64,000 nucleotides of DNA from a virus. How positions within the stretch are numbered: position 1 is the first letter of the stretch; every line of letters begins with the position of its first letter. The DNA is taken from IMG/VR virus record IMGVR_UViG_3300016667_000188, positions 9,026 through 73,025 of that record, one strand, 5' to 3'. Made by a program: the position numbers and the translations under genes. Positions 55,234-64,000 of the stretch are shown here, one piece after another. The notes beneath the pieces were generated by a model, which saw only the letters and a list, made by a program, of their open reading frames with translations, was not told the DNA's origin and did not search any database.

Positions 55234-55652
55234 TGTCTGTAGAGATGATTTACTACGACTGGACACCCGAGTCCATGCTTGAAGTGACCCTGCCAGAACC
55301 TGACAACTTTTTAAAGGTTCGAGAGACTCTTACTCGCATCGGCATCGCATCCAGAAAAGAAAACAAATTGTACCAATCCTGCCACATCTTACACAAGCAG
55401 GGTAGGTATTTTATCGTTCATTTCAAAGAACTATTTGCTTTGGACGGTAAGGAATCGAATATCACTAGCGGTGATATCGAGAGACGAAATGCTGTTGCTA
55501 GTCTGTTGGCAGACTGGGATCTGCTAAAGATCCTAAATACCCAGCAGGCAGAGCAGAAAGCATCTCTGTCTCAGATTAAGGTGGTCTCTTATAAAGAGAA
55601 AGACCAATGGGAACTTGTACCGAAATATAATATTGGGAAAAAGACAAAATGA
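55233..55652 (+). CDS. regA: translational repressor RegA
   Basis: PEPDNFLKVRETLTRIGIASRKENKLYQSCHILHKQGRYFIVHFKELF aligns to T4 RegA. Confidence 0.85.
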   Translation: MSVEMIYYDWTPESMLEVTLPEPDNFLKVRETLTRIGIASRKENKLYQSCHILHKQGRYFIVHFKELFALDGKESNITSGDIERRNAVASLLADWDLLKILNTQQAEQKASLSQIKVVSYKEKDQWELVPKYNIGKKTK

Positions 55653-55834
55653 TTAAACTTGATTTGACAATTGAAGAAGTAAATACTATTCTACGTTCTT
55701 TGGGTAAGCACCCATTCGATGAGATCGCAAACCTTATCGTAAAGATTAAGCAACAAGGTGAGCCACAAGTCGCCGAGTTGCAAAAACAATTAGAAGCTGC
55801 AAATTCTGCTAATGCAGACGCACCAGCGAACTAA
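55649..55834 (+). CDS. hypothetical protein
   Basis: 61 aa. Confidence 0.35.
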   Translation: MIKLDLTIEEVNTILRSLGKHPFDEIANLIVKIKQQGEPQVAELQKQLEAANSANADAPAN

Positions 55835-55995
55835 ATAGATTATCCCTCGGGATGGGAACGTAAAGACTCTACTACCTTAGGAGCGTCTTAAGGCTGGCAC
55901 TACGATAAGGTGTCCCTGTACTACAGTAAGCAGGATTGACTACGCCAAATGGGTAGTCTAATTTTATTTTTAACTCGCTTAATAGGAGAAACAAT

Positions 55996-56478
55996 ATGAA
56001 GCAATTCATTCCTGCATTCTTTTCTCAAGATGCATTCAAAGACATCGATAAACTTTTCTTGGGTTTCGATGATCAATTCAAGCGTATGCAAGAACTGCAC
56101 GACGACTTGACTAAAAACATTCCAAACTACCCTCCGTTTAATGTTCGTAAGAACGGTAACACTTACACAATCGAGATTGCTGTTGCTGGTTTCGCACAAA
56201 ACGAAATCGACATCACTATCGATGGCGGTAAGCTAATCGTTAAGGGTAACTCTGAATCTGTAGAATCAGAAGATAACTTCCTGTTCAAAGGTATTGCTAA
56301 TCGTGCGTTTACTCGTGCTTGGGCTATCGGCGACTCATATGAAGTTAAAGATGCAGAGTTGTTTAACGGTATCCTTAAGATCGCACTTGACAAGCTAGTT
56401 CCAGAAGAGCAAAAGGCTAAGAAGGTTCCAGTCAAAGCAGGTAAAGGAAAGCAGTACCTAACTGAGGAAGATCTATGA
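55996..56478 (+). CDS. hsp20: small heat-shock protein (Hsp20/alpha-crystallin)
   Basis: Alpha-crystallin domain FNVRKNGNTYTIEIAVAGF..EIDITIDGGKLIVKG. Confidence 0.75.
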   Translation: MKQFIPAFFSQDAFKDIDKLFLGFDDQFKRMQELHDDLTKNIPNYPPFNVRKNGNTYTIEIAVAGFAQNEIDITIDGGKLIVKGNSESVESEDNFLFKGIANRAFTRAWAIGDSYEVKDAELFNGILKIALDKLVPEEQKAKKVPVKAGKGKQYLTEEDL

Positions 56479-56815
56479 TTAAATCCTTTAAGGGATTTGT
56501 CATGGCACTACTTGAAGGATTAGTTGAAGCAAGAAAAGCAAGAGCAGAATCTATCACTAGGGGGATCGGAAGATGACCTTTCTAGACTCGATAAAAAGAT
56601 TCTTTTCACTACCAAGTGAACAATCTCTTCTTGACGAATTTATTACTAGCAAGAATCCAAAGAGTGAGTCAGATGTAGAACACTGGACTCGATATTTTTA
56701 CGATAACAGAGCGAGGTTCCTATGACTCAGTGGATTCCAATGACTGACGACGACTGGGATTGGGTGAATGGAAAGGTTCCTCCAAACCCAAACGATAAAA
56801 CAAAGTGAGAACTAT

Positions 56816-57265
56816 ATGTCTTTAACACTACAAAACCTTGAGAGTGCATTGGCTGGTGAGTCAATGGCACACATTAAATATCGCTATTTCGCTAAGATTG
56901 CACGTGAAGAAGGTTTCGAAGAAGTTGCTCAGCATTTTGAGCACACAGCTGACCAAGAAATCAAACACGCATGGGGACACCTAGAATTGTTGATCGGTAA
57001 ACCTTCTACAAAGGAATGCCTTGAGAAAGCAATCGCTGGTGAGACTTATGAGTATACAGAAATGTATCCTAAGTTTGAGAACATGGCTAAAGCTGAACAC
57101 AACATCGAAGCTGTTAAAGAATTTAATGAACAGGGTCGTGAATCAAACGAACACGCTCAGCAATTTAAGGCAGTGCTAGAAAAGGCACAAAAGCGTTTTG
57201 CTGCACTGAAGAAAGTTGAAGAGCGCCATGCGCATGCCTATAAAAAAGTATTAGGAGATCTATGA
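56816..57265 (+). CDS. rubrerythrin-like ferritin-fold protein
   Basis: Paired E...ExxH di-iron motifs (AGESMAHIKYRYFA; EHTADQEIKHAWGH; AGETYEYTEMYP). The ORF is open from 56768. Confidence 0.65.
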   Translation: MSLTLQNLESALAGESMAHIKYRYFAKIAREEGFEEVAQHFEHTADQEIKHAWGHLELLIGKPSTKECLEKAIAGETYEYTEMYPKFENMAKAEHNIEAVKEFNEQGRESNEHAQQFKAVLEKAQKRFAALKKVEERHAHAYKKVLGDL

Positions 57266-57393
57266 TGGAACATGTATGTGTAGTTTGTGGTCACATTCAC
57301 GATGAGGAAACTGAGGGTAAGTGGGAAGATCTTCCAGCTGACTTTCTTTGCCCAGAGTGTGGTGTAGGTAAAGACGAATACGAAACTATTTGA
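57265..57393 (+). CDS. rubredoxin (42 aa)
   Basis: CVVCGH ... CPECG. ATGA overlap with the rubrerythrin gene. Below the ORF-track size cutoff. Confidence 0.65.
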   Translation: MEHVCVVCGHIHDEETEGKWEDLPADFLCPECGVGKDEYETI

Positions 57394-57405
57394 TCGTCAT
57401 ACAAT

Positions 57406-57429
57406 TTTAGGGGTCTTCGGATCCCTAAA
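57406..57429 (+). terminator. stem-loop terminator with UUCG tetraloop (TTTAGGGGTC-ttcg-GATCCCTAAA)
   Basis: 10-bp stem with one G-U pair. Same core as the MCP terminator. Confidence 0.6.
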
Positions 57430-57437
57430 TAATTTGT

Positions 57438-57641
57438 ATGATGAGAGCAAAACTTTCCCCTAACTTAATTTCATTCGTGTTAGTGCGAAGAGGGGATTGG
57501 CTTCTCAAAGTTTCTGTTTACAAAAACAAAACGATTTTAGTGTGCGCCCAACACATCATTGATCTTGACCTAGTAGTTGTCAGGTTCTTTGAAGACCAAA
57601 ATGTTGCTGCTGACTTTATCGAAAAATTAGTTGAGGAATAG
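57438..57641 (+). CDS. hypothetical protein
   Basis: 67 aa. Confidence 0.3.
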   Translation: MMRAKLSPNLISFVLVRRGDWLLKVSVYKNKTILVCAQHIIDLDLVVVRFFEDQNVAADFIEKLVEE

Positions 57642-57933
57642 TATGATTAAAGTGTTTAAATTGATCAATGGTGAAGAAGTCATCAGTGAAGTTACATCTG
57701 GTTCTGATGGTGGTTACTATCTAGAATCTCCCGCATCAATTCAGTTGCAACAAACAGCGCAAGGTGTTGGTGTTGGAATCGCTCCATATATGCCATACGC
57801 CAAAGACAAGGTTTATCTTTTCAAGCATGCGATCGCAAGCGAAGCAAACCCAGATGAAAAGATGGAAAACGAATACCGCAGGATTTTCGGCTCAGGTATT
57901 CAAGTAGTCTCTGCTGGCTCTATCAAACTGTAA
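57631..57933 (+). CDS. hypothetical protein
   Basis: 100 aa. Confidence 0.4.
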   Translation: MRNSMIKVFKLINGEEVISEVTSGSDGGYYLESPASIQLQQTAQGVGVGIAPYMPYAKDKVYLFKHAIASEANPDEKMENEYRRIFGSGIQVVSAGSIKL

Positions 57934-57952
57934 TCCTAAAGTATTACTTTTT

Positions 57953-57978
57953 AACCCTCCACTTGGAGGGTTTTTTGC
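57953..57978 (+). terminator. rho-independent terminator AACCCTCC-actt-GGAGGGTT plus U6
   Basis: Seen directly. Preceded by the TAAAGTATTACTTTTT leader. Confidence 0.8.
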
Positions 57979-58034
57979 TTGTAGAATCAACAACTTACAA
58001 TCCCCCAACCCTGTAGGGTTACTCCAGATACCTG

Positions 58035-58062
58035 TTGACTTTTTTGCAGATTAGGGTATAAT
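58035..58062 (+). promoter_or_regulatory. early promoter TTGACT-N16-TATAAT with TTTTTTGCAGA spacer
   Basis: Seen directly. Confidence 0.7.
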
Positions 58063-58093
58063 ATATCTTATGATGAGTCGAAAAGGAGTTGCT

Positions 58094-58267
58094 ATGGATC
58101 TCGATCTAGTCAACGCTGAGTTGCAAGTCTTGTCTGAGCAAGAAATTCAGGATAAGATTGATGCTCAATACGAAGACTTTTTGGAAGAAATGTATCAGTT
58201 GTGGGCTATTGAACAATACGCCGACGACTGCTATGATCTCGATGCTGAATTTTATGGAGTGTGGTGA
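58094..58267 (+). CDS. hypothetical acidic protein
   Basis: AAGGAG RBS. 57 aa. Confidence 0.4.
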   Translation: MDLDLVNAELQVLSEQEIQDKIDAQYEDFLEEMYQLWAIEQYADDCYDLDAEFYGVW

Positions 58268-58491
58268 TGACTGAATTCCAAGGTAAACAATACGACGATC
58301 GCCATGGCGGTGCGTTCGATCGTGGTTCAGCTGACTCTTATTATGGTCGTCCGATTCGCCCACATTTTTTCACTGATGCTACCTATCGTAGCGAAGAAAT
58401 CGAAGAGCGTTTTATGACCAAGACTCAGGTCGCTGAGTATATGGCTGGTTATGAGTGGAATGAACAATTTGGTGAAAAGAAGGAGTATTGA
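58261..58491 (+). CDS. hypothetical protein
   Basis: 76 aa. Confidence 0.4.
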   Translation: MVMTEFQGKQYDDRHGGAFDRGSADSYYGRPIRPHFFTDATYRSEEIEERFMTKTQVAEYMAGYEWNEQFGEKKEY

Positions 58492-58961
58492 TCATGGGTT
58501 TGGATATGTACCTGTCGGCTAAGCGTTATATGAGTAAGTATTTCGACAAGGCTGACATTGAGCGAATTGAAAAGGTCAATGACATCTTTGGTGTCACTGG
58601 CATCGAGGATGGTGACTATGGTGCTCAGGAAGTCAAATTCCGAGTCGCCTACTGGCGCAAGGCTAACGCAATCCACGATTGGTTTGTGCAGAATGTTCAA
58701 GAGGGTGTTGACGAATGTCAAGAAGCGTGGGTGTCTCGTGAACAGTTGCAAGAACTGGTTGACATCTGCAAACAGGTTCTGGAAAACCCGAAGAAAGCCA
58801 AAGATCTTCTGCCTACTCGAAGTGGCTTCTTCTTTGGTTCTACTGAATACGACGAGTGGTACAAGCAAGACCTGACATACACTGTTGAGCGACTGGAGAA
58901 AATCCTCGCCGACCCTGCATTCGATAAGGGTGTTGACTTCTACTATCAATCGAGTTGGTAA
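58488..58961 (+). CDS. hypothetical protein
   Basis: 157 aa. Confidence 0.45.
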   Translation: MIMGLDMYLSAKRYMSKYFDKADIERIEKVNDIFGVTGIEDGDYGAQEVKFRVAYWRKANAIHDWFVQNVQEGVDECQEAWVSREQLQELVDICKQVLENPKKAKDLLPTRSGFFFGSTEYDEWYKQDLTYTVERLEKILADPAFDKGVDFYYQSSW

Positions 58962-59149
58962 TGAAAGCGTTCCAAGAAACGACTAAAGACTGGAGTAGTG
59001 ATGTGAGCAATCACATCTACTACCTGTCTGACGACAAGCGTAAGATGTACGCATTTTATAATGTTGATACTGGTATCGTGAAGAAGTTCAAGAAGCCAAT
59101 CGGTTTCGATCCACGATATCGTACATTCAAAGAATTGAAACACAAATGA
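58955..59149 (+). CDS. hypothetical protein
   Basis: 64 aa. Confidence 0.35.
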   Translation: MVMKAFQETTKDWSSDVSNHIYYLSDDKRKMYAFYNVDTGIVKKFKKPIGFDPRYRTFKELKHK

Positions 59150-60444
59150 ATCTGAACAAGTTTTTCGAGAGTCTTGCTGCCAACTCGTCTCGTAATTTCA
59201 AAATCGAGCAATTGAGCTCTAACAGCGATAACGAAACCCTGCGTGAAGTTGTGCGCTTGGCTCTCGATCCATTCACTCAGTTTTACATTCGCAAAATTCC
59301 TGCTTACTCTCGTGGCACTGATACTGCGAATCTGAGGTGGGCGCTGGATAAACTGTATGATCTTTCTTCTCGTACCGTAACTGGCAATGCTGCCATCGCT
59401 CATCTGACTTCTATTCTAGAATCACTACAGCCTGATGACGCTAAGGTTATCGAACGTATCATTGAAAAGGATCTAAAATGTGGAGTAGCAATCTCGACCG
59501 CAAACGCAGTGTGGACTGGCTTGGTTCACGAATATCCAGTAATGCTGTGCAGCCAGTTCGAGGAAAAACTGGTAAACAAGATCAAGTTCCCAGCCTACGT
59601 TCAGTTAAAGATGGACGGGATGCGGTTCAACGCAATCGTAAAGGATGGTGGCTGTGAGTTCCGCAGCCGAAACGGTAAAGAGATTCAACTGCTGGGTAAT
59701 CTAGAGCAGGAATTCATCCAGCTTGCTAACGGTAAGAATGTTGTATTTGATGGAGAACTCCTTGTGAACGACAAGGGTGTTGTTCTCGATCGTCAAACTG
59801 GTAACGGTATCCTCAACAAAGCCAACAAGGGCACGATCAAAGAAGATGAAGCACGCAAGGTACACGCCACTGTTTGGGATGTGATTCCTTACAACGATTT
59901 TACTAATGGACGAAGCGAACACGAGTACCATACTCGATTCTCTGTGCTTGAGTCTTTGTCACTCCCTAAGAAGATTCATCTGGTTGAGTCTACTATTGTG
60001 GCTTCCCTTGAAGAAGCCCAAAAGGTTTTCGAGCGTTATCTAGCAGATGGGCAAGAAGGTATTATTCTCAAAGATATGTCTGGTGTCTGGGAGGATAAAC
60101 GTGCAAAGCACCAGATCAAATTCAAAGGGGAGCTAGAGTGTGATCTCGAAATTCTTGCAGTTGAAGAAGGTACTGGCAAATATGCTGGAAGACTTGGTGC
60201 TGTTGTATGCGCAAGCAGACCCGAAGACGGGAAGCGTATTACCGTCAGTGTTGGTAGTGGCTTTAATGACGATCATCGAACTAACCTGTGGGATATTCGT
60301 GATAGTCTCATTGGTAAAATTGTTGCTGTGAAATACAACATGCGAATCCAAAACAAACAAGGTGAAGAGTCATTGTTCTTGCCTATCTTTGTAGAGGTTC
60401 GTGACGACAAAACTATCGCAGATAGTATTGGAGATATTAAATGA
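59146..60444 (+). CDS. 30: ATP-dependent DNA ligase (T4 gp30-like)
   Basis: Motif I KMDGMR, motif IV EGIILKD, and KFKGE. 432 aa. Confidence 0.75.
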   Translation: MNLNKFFESLAANSSRNFKIEQLSSNSDNETLREVVRLALDPFTQFYIRKIPAYSRGTDTANLRWALDKLYDLSSRTVTGNAAIAHLTSILESLQPDDAKVIERIIEKDLKCGVAISTANAVWTGLVHEYPVMLCSQFEEKLVNKIKFPAYVQLKMDGMRFNAIVKDGGCEFRSRNGKEIQLLGNLEQEFIQLANGKNVVFDGELLVNDKGVVLDRQTGNGILNKANKGTIKEDEARKVHATVWDVIPYNDFTNGRSEHEYHTRFSVLESLSLPKKIHLVESTIVASLEEAQKVFERYLADGQEGIILKDMSGVWEDKRAKHQIKFKGELECDLEILAVEEGTGKYAGRLGAVVCASRPEDGKRITVSVGSGFNDDHRTNLWDIRDSLIGKIVAVKYNMRIQNKQGEESLFLPIFVEVRDDKTIADSIGDIK

Positions 60445-60665
60445 TCTTAGAAACTTTAGTCAGACAGAAACGATATTTCGATGCATCTAAAAAGATCGAT
60501 ATTGAATCTGCTAGGAAATTTTTTAGCAATCATAGTTGGGATCATGACAAAGGTTGTCCATTCATTCTCGAATATCCTTATGTATCTGTACCTGATATGC
60601 TTAAAGATAAGTTGATACATAAAGTTTTGGGAATTACATTTGACCGAGAACATCACTGGCGATAG
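60441..60665 (+). CDS. hypothetical protein
   Basis: 74 aa. Confidence 0.35.
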   Translation: MILETLVRQKRYFDASKKIDIESARKFFSNHSWDHDKGCPFILEYPYVSVPDMLKDKLIHKVLGITFDREHHWR

Positions 60666-60686
60666 AATTAGTGTTTTGGAGATATT

Positions 60687-61232
60687 ATGGATTACGAAGA
60701 ATTTCAAAAGCGCATGGCTGAAAAGTACCCTCGTTATTTTGGCGAGGGTAAACGCTATGGTGGGTTTGCTATTGGTGAAGGATGGTATCCTATCATTGAA
60801 GCACTAGTGGGTCAAATTGACCACTACACTAAGTGGAAGCGCAGCACTCGTGCGTATCAGCTGCGTTTAGATCGTGCACGTGACAAAGGTCGTGATGCGG
60901 TTCTGAAGTTTATCTGCAAAGGTAGAGAGCCGAAGTACTTCGATGAAGAACGTGCCGATGATATTATGGCGACACCGCATGAGATTATTCCTGCTGTTCC
61001 TTGGATCACTGTTCAGCAAATCAAAGAAAAATTCGGTGGTTTGCGTTTTTACTATGATGGTGGTGATGAACACATCTCTGGTATGGTCACTATGGCAGAG
61101 TCTTGGGCACATCGCACGTGTGAAGTCTGCGGTAACAAAGGCAAACAACGTGAAGGTGGGTGGATTCGTACTCTTTGTGATGAACACGAAGCTGAACGCC
61201 AAGCAAAGATGAAGGAGAGATTCGATGAGTAA
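60687..61232 (+). CDS. hypothetical protein with C-terminal Cys/His cluster (CEVCGN...LCDEHE)
   Basis: 181 aa. Possible zinc ribbon. Confidence 0.45.
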   Translation: MDYEEFQKRMAEKYPRYFGEGKRYGGFAIGEGWYPIIEALVGQIDHYTKWKRSTRAYQLRLDRARDKGRDAVLKFICKGREPKYFDEERADDIMATPHEIIPAVPWITVQQIKEKFGGLRFYYDGGDEHISGMVTMAESWAHRTCEVCGNKGKQREGGWIRTLCDEHEAERQAKMKERFDE

Positions 61233-61554
61233 ATTTGTATTAGTGGAAACTCTTTCTCAATATCGTATGCGTTATGTTATTGAGGTTCCAGATGATCACA
61301 ATGATCGTGAAATTCCTTGCAGCGCTAAAACATGGGCAGAAGATACTGTAACAATGGAAGAGATGAAAGAGTTTTCTCAAAAGTGGTTGGGTGAAACTAT
61401 CATTGATTCCAGAGAAGTTTCTAAGGAAGAAATTTTGCAGATGGTCAACGAAGACAATGACTATTGTAATGGAAAATATGGTGAACCTTGGAGTGATGAA
61501 AAGAAACTCCAGGTGTTTGTTACTGAGATTGGTTATAAGCCGAAGGATTATTAA
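61225..61554 (+). CDS. hypothetical protein
   Basis: 109 aa. Confidence 0.4.
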   Translation: MSKFVLVETLSQYRMRYVIEVPDDHNDREIPCSAKTWAEDTVTMEEMKEFSQKWLGETIIDSREVSKEEILQMVNEDNDYCNGKYGEPWSDEKKLQVFVTEIGYKPKDY

Positions 61555-62129
61555 TGTTTATTTTTGACATCGAGAGTTTGGGAGTTGAGTCAAATGCTGT
61601 AGTTCTTTCTGCAGCTTTGATTCATTTTGATCCAGAGAAACGTCCAACCTATCAAGACCTACTTGATAGTGCGTGTTTCGTTAAGTTTAAAGCCAAAGAT
61701 CAGGTCACTCGACTTGGTCGTACTGTTTCTCAATCTACTCTTGAGTGGTGGCAGAACCAACACGAATATGTAAGACAAGTATCGCTGGATCCTTCTAGCA
61801 CTGATGTGACTGCAGAAGATGGCTTGGCTATTCTACATAACTATATGAATAAGTTTCCGAATGCTAGGAAACAAACTATGTGGGCACGTGGCTCACTCGA
61901 CCAACTTGTAATCGACTCCCTTGCAGTTAAGATTGGAGCACTAGAGATTACAGATTACGCACAATGGCGTGATGTGCGCACTGCAGTAGATATTATGTAC
62001 GGTTCAACTAACGGTTATTGCGAAGTTGACCATCCACTCTTTTTAAGGCATAATGTTATTAAGCACCACCCTGTTCACGATTGTGCATTGGATGCTATGA
62101 TGCTTATGTACGGAAAACAAAATGCTTGA
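61554..62129 (+). CDS. dexA: exonuclease A (DexA-like, DnaQ-fold 3'-5' exonuclease)
   Basis: MFIFDIESLG ... STLEWWQNQ ... HHPVHDCALDAMML aligns to T4 DexA. Confidence 0.75.
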   Translation: MFIFDIESLGVESNAVVLSAALIHFDPEKRPTYQDLLDSACFVKFKAKDQVTRLGRTVSQSTLEWWQNQHEYVRQVSLDPSSTDVTAEDGLAILHNYMNKFPNARKQTMWARGSLDQLVIDSLAVKIGALEITDYAQWRDVRTAVDIMYGSTNGYCEVDHPLFLRHNVIKHHPVHDCALDAMMLMYGKQNA

Positions 62130-62382
62130 GCGTTCGCCACTCGTTGAGTATTACAATAAAGGTATTTTCTTAAACTACCGTAGGAAATACGAAGAGTATT
62201 ACAACGAGTACACAAAAAGTCGTAATGCATACGAAGGTATCGACTTCATTTCAATCCAACTTGACAACAAGTTGTTTGAGTGGGAGAATTCGTATTACGA
62301 TGGTCACACTATTAAGCGACTAACAATTCTAGGGGTTGCCTTCGCTAAAGGTTACTCTTATCAATGGGAAGATTTAGATTAA
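62122..62382 (+). CDS. hypothetical protein
   Basis: 86 aa. Confidence 0.4.
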   Translation: MLERSPLVEYYNKGIFLNYRRKYEEYYNEYTKSRNAYEGIDFISIQLDNKLFEWENSYYDGHTIKRLTILGVAFAKGYSYQWEDLD

Positions 62383-64000
62383 TGGAATTTTACACTAGTG
62401 TTCATCCTATGGGCGACAAGATGCTCGTCCGTGGGTATGATAAAGGTCGAGCATATCAGCGTAAGGTGGACTTCTACCCTACGCTGTATGTCACTTCTAA
62501 GAAGCAAAGTAAATGGCAGACTCTCGAGGGAACTTACGTCGATGAAGTTAAGCCAGGAACAATCAAAGAAACTCGAGACTTTGTCAAGCGTTATGATGGT
62601 GTAGAGGGTTTTGCTGTCTATGGCAACACCAACTACTCATATCAGTACATCAGTGATATGTATCCCGACGATATCAAATGGGATATGGAACTGTTCAAAG
62701 TATTTACTATCGACATTGAGACTTCTACTGAGAATGGCTTTCCTGATATCCGTTCTGCGAATGAAGAGATTCTGCTGATTACTGTGAAGGATCTACAGTC
62801 CAAGCGTATCATCACGTTTGGTTCTCGAGCATTCGTGCACAATCGTGAAGACCTGATTTATGTCCACGCAAGCAATGAGCACGATCTGCTGCGTCAGTTT
62901 TTGGCATTCTGGGAAAAGAGTTATCCAGACGCTATCACTGGTTGGAACACGGACTTTTTCGACGTACCATATTTGATCAAGCGTATCACACGTGAACTTG
63001 GAGACAAAGAGGCTGAGCGTATCAGCCCATGGCGTTATATCAACGAGCGCAATACTTATATCAAGGGTAACGAAGAAATTCACTACGATATTCTTGGTAT
63101 CAGCCAGCTTGATTACTTGGAACTATACAAAAAGTATACTTACACCAAGCAAGAGTCTTACAAACTAGATTACATTGCTCAGGAAGAACTGGGCGAACGT
63201 AAGAAAGAAAACCCTGGAGTTGACTTCAAGGATTTCTACACCAACTACTGGCAGCACTTTGTTGAATACAACATCCACGACGTAGAGTTGGTCGATAAAC
63301 TCGAAGACAAGATGCGACTAATCGAACTGCATCTGACTATGGCGTACAACGCCAAGATCAATCCTGAAGATGTCTACTCACAGGTTCGTATGTGGGACAC
63401 TATCATCTATAACCACTTGCGTAAAAAGGGAATCGTCATTCCTCAAAAGACTGTTAGCGGTAAAGATGCTCAGTTTGAAGGTGCGTTTGTTAAGGATCCG
63501 ATCATCGGCGGTCACAAGTGGGTTGCTTCGTTTGACTTGAACAGTCTGTATCCTCACTTGATTATGCAGTACAATATTTCTCCAGAGACTCTAACTTCAG
63601 AGAAACTGAGTGTCACTGTTGATAAGCTACTCAACAAAGAAGTTGATACTTCTTACTGTCACAAACGTGACCTTGCTGTTACTGCTAACGGTTGGTGCTA
63701 CAGAAAAGACATCAAAGGTTTTATGCCTGAGTTGATGGAAACTATGTACATGAATCGTTCTAAGTTTAAGAAACAGATGCTGAAGGTTCAGCAGGAATAT
63801 GAAAAGGACAAGTCTCAAAAGCACCTGCTGAAAGAGATAAGCCGATTGAACAACCTGCAGATGGCAATGAAGATTGCCCTAAACTCTGCTTACGGTGCGA
63901 TGGGTAATCAATACTTCCGTTACTTTGATATCCGTATGGCTGAAGGTATTACCACTAGTGGGCAGCTGTCGATTCGTTGGATGGCTAACAAACTGAATGC
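62382..64000 (+). CDS. 43: DNA polymerase (family B, T4 gp43-like), 3'-partial
   Basis: MEFYTSVHPMGDKMLVRGYD...FTIDIETS (Exo I) ... DLNSLYPHLIMQYNISPETL ... KIALNSAYGAMG. Open to the window end. Not present in the ORF track because there is no stop codon. Confidence 0.85.
   Translation, partial: MEFYTSVHPMGDKMLVRGYDKGRAYQRKVDFYPTLYVTSKKQSKWQTLEGTYVDEVKPGTIKETRDFVKRYDGVEGFAVYGNTNYSYQYISDMYPDDIKWDMELFKVFTIDIETSTENGFPDIRSANEEILLITVKDLQSKRIITFGSRAFVHNREDLIYVHASNEHDLLRQFLAFWEKSYPDAITGWNTDFFDVPYLIKRITRELGDKEAERISPWRYINERNTYIKGNEEIHYDILGISQLDYLELYKKYTYTKQESYKLDYIAQEELGERKKENPGVDFKDFYTNYWQHFVEYNIHDVELVDKLEDKMRLIELHLTMAYNAKINPEDVYSQVRMWDTIIYNHLRKKGIVIPQKTVSGKDAQFEGAFVKDPIIGGHKWVASFDLNSLYPHLIMQYNISPETLTSEKLSVTVDKLLNKEVDTSYCHKRDLAVTANGWCYRKDIKGFMPELMETMYMNRSKFKKQMLKVQQEYEKDKSQKHLLKEISRLNNLQMAMKIALNSAYGAMGNQYFRYFDIRMAEGITTSGQLSIRWMANKLN

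Noticed and set aside
55835-55995. A 160-nt non-coding gap upstream of hsp20 was examined for a tRNA.
   Set aside because: No T-loop (GTTCRA) or cloverleaf is recognisable. Only short hairpins (GACTAC...GTAGTC followed by a T-run) are present. It is probably a regulatory region or terminator.
62398-62604. 68-aa ORF in the track at the start of the polymerase region.
   Set aside because: It is out of frame with the continuous gp43 reading frame that begins at 62382 and carries Exo I and Pol motifs.

Overview
This window is a T4-like myovirus (Tevenvirinae-like) genome segment with roughly 40% GC. Almost every gene is on the + strand. Three regions are visible:

1. A virion module (1..31.7 kb). 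It holds repeat-rich tail-fibre genes, two of which end in an intramolecular-chaperone domain. These are followed by T4 gp13, gp14, gp15, gp17 (TerL), gp18 sheath, gp19 tube, gp20 portal, gp67/gp68-like proteins, gp21 protease, gp22 scaffold, gp23 MCP and gp3. I recognised this order by direct comparison with T4 protein sequences.
2. A DNA metabolism module. It holds UvsY, a GIY-YIG homing endonuclease, UvsW, gp55 late sigma, an extra AAA+ ATPase, gp47/gp46 (Mre11/Rad50), gp45 clamp, gp44/gp62 clamp loader, RegA, DNA ligase, DexA and the 5' part of gp43 DNA polymerase.
3. Early 'hyperplastic' regions. Each transcription unit is bounded by a stem-loop plus a sigma70-like promoter cassette (TTGACT-N16/17-TATAAT, PeSL-like). 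These regions carry auxiliary genes: an NMNAT-Nudix protein and NAMPT (an NAD salvage pair of the NARP2 / KVP40 NadV-NatV type) that flank an array of about 10 tiny genes; a VWA protein with an HExxH motif next to a MoxR AAA (CobT/CobS-like pair); an SPFH/prohibitin; Hsp20; a rubrerythrin-rubredoxin operon; and a MazZ-like protein.

The most unusual content is as follows:
- The small-gene array inside the NAD locus is built from cassettes joined by a conserved 21-nt junction. The junction simultaneously encodes the C-terminal ...HFGVEE, the next gene's Shine-Dalgarno site, and an overlapping ATGA stop/start. The array includes an orphan DUF2384 (ParS/MbcA/Xre antitoxin-like) gene. This suggests a counter-defence island against NAD-depleting immunity.
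- A 7-kb accessory island sits between tail-fibre genes and contains the only minus-strand genes in the window. It carries two tandem delta-9-type fatty-acid desaturases, two or three HxD...H oxygenase-like paralogues, and a radical-SAM/SPASM enzyme with long terminal extensions. A nearby Cys-Asn dipeptide-repeat protein is encoded by (AACTGT)n hexanucleotide repeats.

No rRNA, CRISPR array or convincing tRNA was found by eye.
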